NCBI GenBank assembly: GCA_900551865.1
Contig: URXV01000001.1
Span: 94,743 to 158,742, forward strand
Direction of reading: 5' to 3'
From: an uncultured Rickettsiales bacterium
Lineage (GTDB): Bacteria > Pseudomonadota > Alphaproteobacteria > RF32 > CAG-239
DNA length: 64,000 nt
Made by a program: the position numbers and the translations under genes. Shown in pieces: positions 1 through 9,859 of the stretch (position 1 is its first letter; each line of letters begins with the position of its first letter). The notes beneath the pieces were generated by a model. It saw only the letters and a list, made by a program, of their open reading frames with translations. It made no database searches and was not told where the DNA came from.

Positions 1-788
1 TGCAGGCTACGCCAAAGTATCTGGCGCTGATTTTGGAAAAGGTCCGGCCGGCTTTGCAAAGGCTGGCAGAACGGTTCCCCGGGCTGATTGGCGGGAATTT
101 GGAAGAGATGATAAAAGGCAATATCGGCAACGGCGTCAAGTTTGCCGGAGCATTGCTCAAAGGGCTGATTGCTAACGGGTTTGCGTTTATTAACCTGATT
201 TCATTGATTTTGATTACGCCTATCGTTACGTTTTATATGCTGCGGGACTGGGACACCTTTGTCCGTAAGTTTGAGGGACTGCTGCCGAAAAAGTCGAAAA
301 AAGGCATTATGGAAAGTATGAAAGAAATTAATGTCATTATTGCCGGATTTATCCGCGGCCAGCTGAGCGTATGCCTGATTTTGGGATTGTATTATTCCAT
401 CGGGCTGAAGCTGGTCGGTCTGGAACTTGGGCTGTTGGTCGGCTTTATTGCCGGCGTTATCTCGTTTATCCCGTATGTCGGGTCGATTACCGGATTTGTG
501 TTGGGAATTATTTTGGCTTTTGCCCAGTTTGGCGATGTGACACATGTTATGTATGTGGTGGCGGTTTTCCTCAGCGGGCAGTTCCTTGAAGGCAATTTTC
601 TGACGCCGAAACTGGTGGGAGACAGTGTCGGACTGCATCCGGTATGGGTTATGTTTGCCCTGTTGGCCGGCGGCGTCTTGCTGGGGTTCCTCGGTTTGAT
701 GTTGGCTGTTCCGGTAGCTGCGATTATCGGCGTTCTGGTTAGAAATATGATTAAACGCTATAAGCAGAGTTCGCTTTATTTGGAGTAA
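1..788 (+). CDS. AI-2E family transporter (PerM/YdiK-like), 5' end outside the window
   Basis: The frame stays open back to nt 3. The protein is multi-TM with the typical AI-2E segment (FINLISLILITPIVTFYMLRDWD). It stops at TAA 786-788. Confidence 0.75.
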   Translation, partial: QATPKYLALILEKVRPALQRLAERFPGLIGGNLEEMIKGNIGNGVKFAGALLKGLIANGFAFINLISLILITPIVTFYMLRDWDTFVRKFEGLLPKKSKKGIMESMKEINVIIAGFIRGQLSVCLILGLYYSIGLKLVGLELGLLVGFIAGVISFIPYVGSITGFVLGIILAFAQFGDVTHVMYVVAVFLSGQFLEGNFLTPKLVGDSVGLHPVWVMFALLAGGVLLGFLGLMLAVPVAAIIGVLVRNMIKRYKQSSLYLE

Positions 789-791
789 AAA

Positions 792-1298
792 ATGTTTTTT
801 GTAAATCTGAGCGGACCAATAAATGCGGGGAAGACAACGGTAGGAAGACTGCTACCGGAGATGATTGGAAATGCGGTTTTTGTTGATGTGGACGAGCTTC
901 TGCCCGATGAGGAGCAGATGCAACTTGGATTAGGATTTCAAGAGGGGATAGCTTTGAGGCTGGATAGATTGGACAGCCTGATTGAGCGGGAAAAGCGTTT
1001 GCGCAGATATAGATATTTATTTTTTGCGTATCCGATGAGTTGGGGCAATTTTCGCAGGTGGAAAGCGTGGGAGAACGGTACGGACAGAGTTATTTGCATT
1101 ACTCTTTCTCCCAGTTTTGAAATCTGTATTGGTAATCGGGGCGGGCGGGAGCTTTCTGCCTGGGAGATAAAACGTATCGGTGAAATGTATAAGCAGGGAT
1201 ATCATAATCCAGAATGTTCAGATTTGGTCATCTGCAATGATAAGCAGTCTCCGAAAGAAACGGCAGAAGAAATACGAAAGTTTTTGTTTCTGTTTTGA
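792..1298 (+). CDS. P-loop NTPase / kinase-like hypothetical protein
   Basis: Walker A motif GPINAGKTT sits near the N-terminus. The ORF is 168 aa and starts immediately after the upstream stop. Confidence 0.5.
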   Translation: MFFVNLSGPINAGKTTVGRLLPEMIGNAVFVDVDELLPDEEQMQLGLGFQEGIALRLDRLDSLIEREKRLRRYRYLFFAYPMSWGNFRRWKAWENGTDRVICITLSPSFEICIGNRGGRELSAWEIKRIGEMYKQGYHNPECSDLVICNDKQSPKETAEEIRKFLFLF

Positions 1299-1305
1299 TT
1301 TTATC

Positions 1306-1743
1306 TTAGAGCGTTTTAACCATACGGATAAAGTTAATGCCTTTTTCTTCAAACAAATCACCGTCTTGTCTGAAGCCAAGCTTTTCGTAAAAGCCGACGA
1401 CGGAGAGCATGGCGTGCATGACCATACGGGAGTAGCCGATTTCTTTGGCAGTCTTTTCGGCGTATCCAATCAGTTTTTTACCGATGCCTTCGCCTTGGCG
1501 CGTATCGTCCACGGCGACCTGCATGATGCGGATTTCCTCATTGTCGACCGGAACCATAATCAAGCCGCCAATGAGCTTGTCGCTGACGGAATCTATGCAT
1601 CCGATGTGGAGAAAGCCTGCTTCCTGTTCGCGGAAAGAGTCAAGAAATTTTAACCCGAGGGGCTGCAGCAGAATTCTGTAGCGCAAATCCAACAGTTCCT
1701 GATAACGGCCGGAGCCGAATTCGACATCAATAAACTTAATCAT
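1306..1743 (-). CDS. GNAT family N-acetyltransferase
   Basis: Acetyl-CoA binding motif RQGEGIGKKLI is present. I moved the start to an internal Met because GGAGG lies 6 nt upstream of ATG 1743. Confidence 0.8.
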   Translation of the reverse strand: MIKFIDVEFGSGRYQELLDLRYRILLQPLGLKFLDSFREQEAGFLHIGCIDSVSDKLIGGLIMVPVDNEEIRIMQVAVDDTRQGEGIGKKLIGYAEKTAKEIGYSRMVMHAMLSVVGFYEKLGFRQDGDLFEEKGINFIRMVKTL

Positions 1744-1960
1744 GACAGCCTCCGTAATGAGCAAAATAATTTTATGCCTTATATTTAAGCACAGTTTTAT
1801 AAGAGTTGCAACAGGAAAGTATAAAATCTGTTGCGTTCCGGCAAAAATTCGTTTATGTAGGAAGATAAGTTTTGTGTGCAACCGGGGCTGCAGGAAGCAG
1901 GGATATCCGGCGCACAATCAGCAAGTCAGAAAAAATGTTGTAATAAGGAAAGTTAGATAG

Positions 1961-3763
1961 ATGCAGGATTTGGCCAAAATCAGAAATTTTGCGATTATTG
2001 CCCATATTGACCACGGTAAATCGACGATTGCCGACCGTATTATCGAAACCTGCGGCGGACTTGAACGCCGGGAGATGTCGGAACAGGTTTTGGATTCGAT
2101 GGATATTGAGCGCGAACGGGGGATAACGATTAAGGCGCAAACGGTGCGGCTTAAATACAAGGCGCAAGACGGGCAGGAATATCTGTTGAACCTGATTGAT
2201 ACGCCGGGGCATGTGGATTTTTCTTATGAGGTTTCGCGTTCTCTGGCGGCTTGCGAAGGATCGGTTTTGGTTGTGGACGCAACGCAGGGCGTGGAAGCGC
2301 AGACGCTGGCTAACGTTTATCTGGCGATTGACAACAATCATGAGATTGTACCGGCGCTTAATAAGGTGGATTTGCCGTCGGCAGATGTGGAAAAAGTCAA
2401 AGCTCAGATTGAAGACGTTATCGGGATTGATGCAAGCGGTGCGGTGGAAACTTCGGGTAAAACAGGACTGGGAATAAACGAGCTGTTGGAAGCAATCGTG
2501 CATCAGCTGCCGGCACCGCAGGGAGATGTCGGTGCGCCGTTGAAAGCCCTATTGATTGACAGCTGGTATGATTCGTATTTGGGGGTGGTTATCCTTGTCA
2601 GGATTAAAGATGGGACTTTGCGCAAAAAGCAGACTATCCGGATGATGAGCAGCAATGCTGTTTATACGGTTGACCGAATCGGCGTGTTTACGCCTAAAAT
2701 GCAAGAAGTTGAAGAATTGTCCGCCGGGGAAGTCGGCTATATTACCGCCAGCATTAAAAGTGTCGGCGATTGCCGGGTCGGCGATACGATTACGGATAAC
2801 AAGCGTCCTTGCACTGAAGCTCTTTCCGGATTTAAACCTTCTATCCCGGTCGTTTTCTGTTCAATCTTTCCGGTAGACAGCAGCCAATACGAAGCGTTGA
2901 AAGACGCTCTGGCAAAGTTAAAGCTCAATGATGCGAGCATAGACTATCAAAATGAAAATTCCGCAGCGTTGGGACTCGGCTTTCGCTGCGGGTTCCTCGG
3001 ATTGCTGCATATGGAAATCATACAGGAGCGAATCGGGCGCGAGTTTGATTTGGATATTATTACGACGGCACCGTCCGTGGCGTATAAAATCAATTTGACC
3101 AAAGGTGAAACGATAATGCTGCATAATCCGGCGGATATGCCAGACCTGTCGACGGTAGCTTCAATTGAGGAACCGATGGTCAGGGCGACAATTCTGGTGC
3201 CGGACACTTATCTGGGCGCCGTGTTGAAACTTTGCACGGAGCGTCGCGGCGTACAGCAGGAATTGACCTATGTCGGGTCGCGGGCGATGGTTGTGTATCA
3301 GATTCCGCTGAATGAAATCGTGTTTGATTTTTATGACCGGTTGAAATCCATTACGAGCGGATATGCAAGTTTTGACTATGAACTGACAGGGTACGAGCAA
3401 TCAGATTTGGTTAAAGTACAGATTTTAATTAACGAAGAACCTGTTGACGCGCTGGCTTTTTTATGCCACAGAAGCGAGGCGGAATCGAGGGGACGGCAGA
3501 TTTGCGAGCGTTTGAAAGATTTGATTCCAAGGCATTTGTTTAAAATTCCGATACAAGCGGCCATCGGCGGGCGCGTTGTGGCACGGGAGACGATTTCGGC
3601 CATGCGCAAGGATGTTACGGCGAAATGTTATGGCGGCGATGTTACCCGTAAGCGCAAGCTGCTGGACAAGCAGAAGAAAGGCAAGCAAAGAATGCGGCAG
3701 TTTGGCAAGGTGGAAGTGCCGCAGTCGGCATTTATTGAAGCGTTGCGAATCGGCGATGACTAA
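1961..3763 (+). CDS. lepA: Elongation factor 4 (LepA)
   Basis: 600 aa. GTPase G1 motif AHIDHGKST, the DTPGHVDF motif and the conserved LepA C-terminal domain are all present. Confidence 0.97.
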   Translation: MQDLAKIRNFAIIAHIDHGKSTIADRIIETCGGLERREMSEQVLDSMDIERERGITIKAQTVRLKYKAQDGQEYLLNLIDTPGHVDFSYEVSRSLAACEGSVLVVDATQGVEAQTLANVYLAIDNNHEIVPALNKVDLPSADVEKVKAQIEDVIGIDASGAVETSGKTGLGINELLEAIVHQLPAPQGDVGAPLKALLIDSWYDSYLGVVILVRIKDGTLRKKQTIRMMSSNAVYTVDRIGVFTPKMQEVEELSAGEVGYITASIKSVGDCRVGDTITDNKRPCTEALSGFKPSIPVVFCSIFPVDSSQYEALKDALAKLKLNDASIDYQNENSAALGLGFRCGFLGLLHMEIIQERIGREFDLDIITTAPSVAYKINLTKGETIMLHNPADMPDLSTVASIEEPMVRATILVPDTYLGAVLKLCTERRGVQQELTYVGSRAMVVYQIPLNEIVFDFYDRLKSITSGYASFDYELTGYEQSDLVKVQILINEEPVDALAFLCHRSEAESRGRQICERLKDLIPRHLFKIPIQAAIGGRVVARETISAMRKDVTAKCYGGDVTRKRKLLDKQKKGKQRMRQFGKVEVPQSAFIEALRIGDD

Positions 3764-3940
3764 TGTTTCGCCATCATGAATGGCAATTTATCAAAGTGGA
3801 ACTCCGTCGCCTCATTTGGAACGGGCTTAGGAGCGCTTCGGGCGGATAAAGCGGGTTCGGCTCCTTTTGCCGGGGGGCGGACAGCCGTTTGGCAGACGGA
3901 AGAAAATTCGGCGCAGACAAAAATGTTTATTTAAAGATGT

Positions 3941-4750
3941 TTATTTTACTTCAAAACGCCGCAGTGAGTTGGCTTTGGCAAGCGCTTCTTCTTGCTCGGG
4001 ATTGGCTGGAAATTTTCCTCGGCGTTGAAGAACGCGCATTTCCAAGCCGTAAAGAGCGTATCGTTGTTTAAATTTTGGCAGTTTGGCGTCCGGATATGGA
4101 ATTGCCTGAAGCAGTTCATTCAGACTTTTGCGGTGCAACTGCTCCAGGGGTGATGCGTCTGGTGCGGCAGCAAGGAGTGGTTTGGGCGTTGCTGCCTGAA
4201 CCGTTATATTTTCATCAAGTTTATATTTTTGCAGTTTAGATGCAATTTCGGCGCTGTCGGGAGAGGGAAGCCGGGTATCCGCAGCGGTTTCGTTTTTTGC
4301 CGGAGATGAGTTTGGCATATCGGCTTTTGCAACAGGATTGGCGGAGATTTTTTTGATGGTAACAATTTTCTTTTCGACAACGGGCAAGGTGTATTGCGGT
4401 TCAGATGCCTTAGGGGCAGAGAATGCAGAAGATGACGTTACAGAAGGATTTTCCGCGAAAGTTTTGGCGGCAGCGGAAGCTGGAATAGAATCGGAAGAAG
4501 AGACGGAATTGGAAGAAAAATCAGCTGTGCTGCGGCGTTTGGGAGATGAAACAGCGGCGGAGGATTCTGACTCTTCGTCCGGTTTGGCATATCTGGGTTT
4601 CATTAAACGGATATCCTGGACACGGGTATTTTGCTGAAAGACGCCTCCCGGGATAAAAAAAGCATATTGCAAAGAGTGGGTTTCCGCAGATAAAGGCTTA
4701 TATGTAAAAAGGCTGGACAAGGCCAGACAGATAATATACAGATAGTTCAT
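3941..4750 (-). CDS. Secreted Ser/Ala/Pro-rich hypothetical protein
   Basis: Signal peptide MNYLYIICLALSSLF. GGAGG precedes ATG 4750. The central region is low complexity. Confidence 0.5.
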   Translation of the reverse strand: MNYLYIICLALSSLFTYKPLSAETHSLQYAFFIPGGVFQQNTRVQDIRLMKPRYAKPDEESESSAAVSSPKRRSTADFSSNSVSSSDSIPASAAAKTFAENPSVTSSSAFSAPKASEPQYTLPVVEKKIVTIKKISANPVAKADMPNSSPAKNETAADTRLPSPDSAEIASKLQKYKLDENITVQAATPKPLLAAAPDASPLEQLHRKSLNELLQAIPYPDAKLPKFKQRYALYGLEMRVLQRRGKFPANPEQEEALAKANSLRRFEVK

Positions 4751-4794
4751 GGGGAGCCTCCGTGCCAAAGATGTTTATCTGGAGAGTATTATAG

Positions 4795-5517
4795 ATGAAA
4801 AAAGTTTTTTTTGCATTAATTTTAGGGTTAGCGGGTGTTAATTCTGCGCAGGGAGATGACGGGAGGGAAAGGTATGTTGAGGAATGCCTCTCCGTTATTG
4901 GACGGCCAACGGTTATGGTTACATCATCTTACGGAAAACTGAAATATAATTTTGACAAAGACGGAGCTTATCTGCGCCGGGAGACGGAGAAAAAATATCA
5001 GGAATCGGGGCAGCAGATGCCGCAAGACCTGGTACCGGTCGGCTTGACTAAAGTCAGGGACGGGTTTGACTTTAATATGACGGTGGGTCATATTGAAATC
5101 AGCCACGGGTATTCGTGCCTTTATCCGCAGGAAATTAACGCGCATTTGGGATATTATGTTCCGACAATTTATATTTTGAAGGATTTACAGAAAGGTACCT
5201 GCCTGTATGAAGTGGCTCTGCGCCATGAAAAGACACATATGCAAATTTATATCGAGGCGTTGGACTATTTTCTGCCGGAGTTTAAAAAAGCAGCCGCCGG
5301 GCAGTTTGACAAGATAGGCGTGCGCGTTGTCGGGCCGGGCGAATCGGCAGACGCTGCGGCGCAGGAACTTAACGAAGCTTATCTTAATGATATGAAAGAA
5401 AAAGTGGAACACTGGCGCAGAGAAGTTGAACAGGAGCAGATGAAGTTTGACACGCCGCAAAATTATATTTTGGAGAGTAAACTCTGTGAAGGGAAAGATA
5501 AGCCGGTTTCCGAGTAG
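4795..5517 (+). CDS. Secreted protein with HExxH (HEKTH) motif, putative zinc metallopeptidase (DUF922-like)
   Basis: Signal peptide MKKVFFALILGLAGVNSA and an HEKTH motif. The DUF922 assignment is from memory and not verified. Confidence 0.45.
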   Translation: MKKVFFALILGLAGVNSAQGDDGRERYVEECLSVIGRPTVMVTSSYGKLKYNFDKDGAYLRRETEKKYQESGQQMPQDLVPVGLTKVRDGFDFNMTVGHIEISHGYSCLYPQEINAHLGYYVPTIYILKDLQKGTCLYEVALRHEKTHMQIYIEALDYFLPEFKKAAAGQFDKIGVRVVGPGESADAAAQELNEAYLNDMKEKVEHWRREVEQEQMKFDTPQNYILESKLCEGKDKPVSE

Positions 5518-5631
5518 CGGAAACCGGCAGATTTGTTCGGGGCTTAAATTTTAAGCAAAATCCGGCACAGCGGTTGCCCGTGTCGTACTGCGTTCATCAG
5601 GCTGTGCCGCTTATGGGATATTATTGTGGGA

Positions 5632-6300
5632 TTAACAGCCGTAATCTTTTTTCAGGCCGGCAATGCATTCCTCAATTCCTTTGTATGCCGAATCGATAAA
5701 GGGCATATCCTTAGCCGAATTATTGCCGTAATAAATGCGGATTGTGGTCATGCCGCATTGTTTGGCAAAATCCAAATTGGAATAGCTGTCGTCTACAAAA
5801 ATGCATTCCTGAGGATTAACGCCTATGGTCTGGCACAGCCGGGCGTATACGTCAGGGCTTTCGTTCTTCTTATACACGTCAAAATCTTCTACGGAATAGA
5901 ATCTGTCGGCAAAGAAATCATACAGCCCGATATGTTTCAGAATTTTTTCGCAGATATCTTTGGAAGATGTGGAAAAGACGTACTGCGGACACTGAAGGCT
6001 CTTCAGGTTTTCAAGCAATCCTTCATACGGAGCAATGGTTTTTACCAGTTCGCTTTTGTAATTATGGTAGGAAACGTACAGGTCTTTGTGCGGAATGCCA
6101 TATTCACGGGAAAATATTTCCAATCCGTCCCGGTATGTCGCGTAAGATTCTTTTACTTTTTCCGTAGCTTCCTTAAAGTCAAGCGGAACGTTGAACTCTT
6201 TGATGGCGGCTGCGGCTGTGGCTTCATTAAGTTTGTTTTTATATTCTTCCGTTTCAAAATAAAGGGTATTGTCCAGATCCCAAATTATGGTTTTGCGCAA
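5632..6300 (-). CDS. HAD-superfamily hydrolase (pyrimidine 5'-nucleotidase-like)
   Basis: HAD motif I DLDNTLY near the N-terminus and a downstream FVDDS motif. Confidence 0.8.
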   Translation of the reverse strand: MRKTIIWDLDNTLYFETEEYKNKLNEATAAAAIKEFNVPLDFKEATEKVKESYATYRDGLEIFSREYGIPHKDLYVSYHNYKSELVKTIAPYEGLLENLKSLQCPQYVFSTSSKDICEKILKHIGLYDFFADRFYSVEDFDVYKKNESPDVYARLCQTIGVNPQECIFVDDSYSNLDFAKQCGMTTIRIYYGNNSAKDMPFIDSAYKGIEECIAGLKKDYGC

Positions 6301-6594
6301 CTTTATCTCTCCCTGAAATTTAATCCGTCAAATATAATATAGGCGTATAAAAGCAAGGTCAATCTTTTTGTGTTAAAAAAATCGTTTTGGCAGAAATTAA
6401 AATTTTAAAAAGCTGTTAGTAACAGGTTTAAAATTTTTGGCAGCGCGGTTATAGACCCTTTAAAAAAAAAAAAGTGTTTTAATTTTAGGGGGATATGCAA
6501 ATTTAAAAAAAAACGGGGGATGACGACTTGTCAAAAGGAGTGTTTTTTTTAAGATAGGGGCAGTTGAAGCGTTGGCGCTTTAAAGAGTATTTTT

Positions 6595-6641
6595 ACTACA
6601 TCTTGTATATCTTTACGGTTTGTTAATACTATATGTAGTAG
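6595..6641 (+). promoter_or_regulatory. Candidate NrdR boxes upstream of nrdD
   Basis: Imperfect palindrome ACTATATGTAGT at 6628-6639 resembles the NrdR box consensus. A weaker partner ACTACATCTTGTAT lies about 33 bp upstream. Confidence 0.35.
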
Positions 6642-6701
6642 GGTGCTGTTAAGGGCGAGACCCATAAACTTACTAAATAAAGAGAAGGGAAGAATAATAA
6701 A

Positions 6702-8762
6702 ATGGCAAATAACGAGTTGCAGATGCCGACGGCAAAAAAATATAAAATGCCGTTTAAAAGCATAACAAAAAGAGACGGAACCCTCGCTGATTTTGACGGC
6801 GATAAAATTTATAATGCAATATTGCGGGCCGGCGAGATTACTTCTGAATTTGACGGCGACGATGCGTGGCTTCTGACAGCTCAGGTGATGAAAATTTTAT
6901 CACACAAGTTTGACGAATCCCTGCCTTCGGTAGAAGATATTCAGGACGTTGTCGAACAGGTGCTTATTTCTTCCAACTATTTTAAGACGGCGAAATCCTA
7001 TATTCTGTATCGCGATAAGAGAAACAGAATGCGCGGCGACGGCAAAACCGTTATTGACGTGGAAAGCTCCATTAACGAATATCTGGAAAATCTGGACTGG
7101 AGAATTAAGGAGAATGCAAATCAGGGGTATTCCAACGGCGGATTGATTTTAAACGTTTCCGGCAAGGTTACGGCCAACTACTGGCTGTCGCACGTTTATC
7201 CGGCGGAAGTCGGCGAAGCACACAGAAACGGCGATATTCATATTCACGATTTAAGCATGCTGGCGGCATACTGTGCCGGCTGGTCACTGAAAAACCTGCT
7301 GCGCGAGGGATTTAACGGCGTGCCGGGAAAAGTTGAGGCCGGGGCTCCGAAGCATTTGTCTTCCGCCGTCGGGCAGATGGTAAACTTTATGGGAACGCTG
7401 CAGAATGAATGGGCCGGAGCGCAGGCTTTTTCTTCGGTCGATACGTATCTGGCTCCTTATGTTCGGAATGACAAGCTGACATACGAACAGGTTGAACAGA
7501 GCATGCAGGAGCTGATTTACAACCTGAACGTTCCGTCCCGCTGGGGCTCGCAGACTCCGTTTACGAACTTTACTTTCGACTGGGTCTGCCCGGAAGATTT
7601 GCGCGATCAGCACCCGATTATTGCCGGCGTGGAACAGGATTATACCTACGGCGATTTGGGCGAGGAAATGGCGATGATTAACAAAGCCTATATCAATGTT
7701 ATGATGGGCGGCGATGTTAAAGGGCGGCCGTTTACGTTTCCGATTCCGACCTACAATATGACGTGGGATTTTCCGTGGGAAGACGAGAATACGGAATTGC
7801 TGTTTGAGATGACGGCCAAGTACGGTTTGCCTTATTTTCAGAATTTCCTGAATTCGTCGTTGAAACCGGGACAGATTCGTTCGATGTGCTGCCGTTTGCA
7901 GCTGGATTTGAGAGAGTTGTTGGCCAGAGGAAACGGATTGTTCGGGTCGGCCGAGCAGACGGGGTCGGTTGGCGTGGTTACGATTAACTGCGCGCGACTC
8001 GGGTATGTTTACAAAGGCAATGAAGCAGGGTTGTTTGCTCGGGTTGACGAGCTGATGAACATTGCGCGCTCTTCGCTGGAAATCAAACGTAAGGTTATTC
8101 AGCGGTTAATTGATAACGGGCTGTTTCCGTTTACCAAAAGGTATCTGGGCACGTTGCGCAATCACTTCTCGACCATCGGTGTCAACGGTATGAACGAGAT
8201 GATTCGGAACTTTACCAATGACGAGCATAACATTGCCGATACATGGGGACAGGCGTTTGCCGAGAAATTTCTGGATTTCGTCCGCGACAGGCTGGTGAAA
8301 TTTCAGGAAGAAACCGGGCATATGTATAATCTGGAGGCGACTCCGGCGGAAGGGGCGACGACCAGATTTGCAAGAGAAGACAAAAAGCGTTATATCGGCA
8401 TTATTCAGGCCGGTACGCCCGATGCCCCGTTTTATACGAATTCTTCACAGCTTCCGGTCGGTTATACCGATGATCCGTTTGAAGCGCTGGATTTGCAGGC
8501 GCGCCTGCAGTCCAAATATACCGGCGGTACGGTGCTTCACCTTTATATGAACCAGCGTATTTCGTCCGCAAAAGTTTGTCGTGATTTCATCAAGAAGGTT
8601 CTGGCAAATTACCGCCTTCCGTATATCACGATTACTCCGACGTTTTCCGTATGTCCGAAACACGGTTATATTGCCGGGGAACATGAGTTCTGTCCGATTT
8701 GCGATCAGGAAAAGAAGGCAGAAAAGTTAAAAATGCTTGCAAAAAAGCAAGAAGTAGCGTAG
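6702..8762 (+). CDS. nrdD: Anaerobic ribonucleoside-triphosphate reductase NrdD (class III RNR), terminated by an in-frame TAG before the glycyl-radical motif
   Basis: N-terminal ATP-cone (ITKRDGTLADFDGDKIYNAILRA), NrdD catalytic body, and a C-terminal Cys segment CPKHGY...FCPICDQ. It ends at TAG 8760-8762. Confidence 0.9.
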   Translation: MANNELQMPTAKKYKMPFKSITKRDGTLADFDGDKIYNAILRAGEITSEFDGDDAWLLTAQVMKILSHKFDESLPSVEDIQDVVEQVLISSNYFKTAKSYILYRDKRNRMRGDGKTVIDVESSINEYLENLDWRIKENANQGYSNGGLILNVSGKVTANYWLSHVYPAEVGEAHRNGDIHIHDLSMLAAYCAGWSLKNLLREGFNGVPGKVEAGAPKHLSSAVGQMVNFMGTLQNEWAGAQAFSSVDTYLAPYVRNDKLTYEQVEQSMQELIYNLNVPSRWGSQTPFTNFTFDWVCPEDLRDQHPIIAGVEQDYTYGDLGEEMAMINKAYINVMMGGDVKGRPFTFPIPTYNMTWDFPWEDENTELLFEMTAKYGLPYFQNFLNSSLKPGQIRSMCCRLQLDLRELLARGNGLFGSAEQTGSVGVVTINCARLGYVYKGNEAGLFARVDELMNIARSSLEIKRKVIQRLIDNGLFPFTKRYLGTLRNHFSTIGVNGMNEMIRNFTNDEHNIADTWGQAFAEKFLDFVRDRLVKFQEETGHMYNLEATPAEGATTRFAREDKKRYIGIIQAGTPDAPFYTNSSQLPVGYTDDPFEALDLQARLQSKYTGGTVLHLYMNQRISSAKVCRDFIKKVLANYRLPYITITPTFSVCPKHGYIAGEHEFCPICDQEKKAEKLKMLAKKQEVA

Positions 8763-8789
8763 AATATTATATTAGTGAAAGGGAGAAAG

Positions 8790-9020
8790 ATGAGCAATAT
8801 TATTAATATTGATGATGTTAAATTAGACGATTCTGAAAGACAGCGTTGCGAAGTCTATACCAGAGTTATGGGATATATCCGCCCGACGACAGAATTTAAT
8901 GTCGGCAAGAAAGGCGAATATAAGTCCCGCTTGTGTTTCTGCGAAGAGAAGGCCGTTATGGGATGCGAAGCCCGTGAATGCGTCTGCAGAGACAATACGA
9001 TGGCTTTGGCTGCTGAATAA
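8790..9020 (+). CDS. Small ORF encoding the NrdD glycyl-radical module, in frame with nrdD
   Basis: TRVMGYIRPTTEFNVGKKGEYKSR matches the class III RNR glycyl-radical signature. The RBS AAAGGGAGAAAG precedes ATG 8790. It lies 9 codons downstream of the nrdD TAG in the same frame. Confidence 0.6.
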   Translation: MSNIINIDDVKLDDSERQRCEVYTRVMGYIRPTTEFNVGKKGEYKSRLCFCEEKAVMGCEARECVCRDNTMALAAE

Positions 9021-9055
9021 GCGGTTACACGGGGTTTAACCAGTTTAGCGGTCTG

Positions 9056-9760
9056 TTGATGAATGCTATTAGAATCGGCGGTATTGAGAAATTCAGTATC
9101 GTCGATTTTCCTAACCGGATGTCTGCTGTTGTCTTTATGCAGGGGTGTCCGTGGCGTTGTCCTTTCTGTCATAATACGCATCTTCAGGATGTGAATGCCG
9201 AGACGAATATCGTCTGGCAGAAGTTTACGGATTTCCTTGAGCAAAGAAAGGGAATGCTTGATGCTGTGGTTTTTTCCGGCGGAGAACCTTTGGTTCAAGA
9301 TACCCTGGGGGCGGCAATGGACGAGGTGAAAGCTTTGGGATATCTGGTCGGGCTGCATACCGGAGGATATCGTCCGGCACGCTTTAAGGAGGTTCTTGCC
9401 AAGACCGACTGGGTCGGATTTGACATTAAAGCACCGTTGGAGGCCGAGCGGTATAAAGAGGTTACCGGGGGAATCGCAGATGTGGAGAAGGTTCGGGAAA
9501 GCCTGCATCTGCTGATTGATTCCGGGGTGCCGTTTGAGTGCCGGACGACTTGCGACCCGCGTTTTCTTTCGGTTAAAGATATTTATACGATTGCAGATAC
9601 TTTGAAGGGGCTTGGCGTTAAGGAGTATTATCTGCAAAAATACCGAAAAGTTCCTTCCGATACGGATACGACGGAGAGTCAATGCCTGGCATTGGTGGAA
9701 GACTCTGCGCTGCTGGCATATTTACAGGGATGCTTTGACGTTTTTGATGTGCGAAAATAA
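9056..9760 (+). CDS. nrdG: Anaerobic RNR activating protein NrdG (radical SAM)
   Basis: Radical-SAM cluster motif CPWRCPFCHN. It sits immediately downstream of nrdD. Confidence 0.9.
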   Translation: MMNAIRIGGIEKFSIVDFPNRMSAVVFMQGCPWRCPFCHNTHLQDVNAETNIVWQKFTDFLEQRKGMLDAVVFSGGEPLVQDTLGAAMDEVKALGYLVGLHTGGYRPARFKEVLAKTDWVGFDIKAPLEAERYKEVTGGIADVEKVRESLHLLIDSGVPFECRTTCDPRFLSVKDIYTIADTLKGLGVKEYYLQKYRKVPSDTDTTESQCLALVEDSALLAYLQGCFDVFDVRK

Positions 9761-9821
9761 GGGAAATTTCGTTTTGAATTGCGGAAAAGTTTTTTAATCT
9801 TTTTGTTAAAAATTGAATGTC

Positions 9822-9859
9822 AACGCTGCCGGAGGGGTAATTCGGCAGCGTTATTTTTT
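9822..9859 (+). terminator. Rho-independent terminator after nrdG
   Basis: AACGCTGCCG / loop / CGGCAGCGTT followed by TTATTTTTT. Confidence 0.7.

Noticed and set aside
5626-6342. 238-aa ORF on the plus strand
   Set aside because: It is entirely antisense to the HAD hydrolase gene and has no motif, a typical shadow ORF.
8775-8789. GTG start at 8775 for the glycyl-radical ORF (MKGRKMSN…)
   Set aside because: The downstream ATG 8790 has a well-spaced Shine-Dalgarno AAAGGGAGAAAG. The GTG lies within that RBS.
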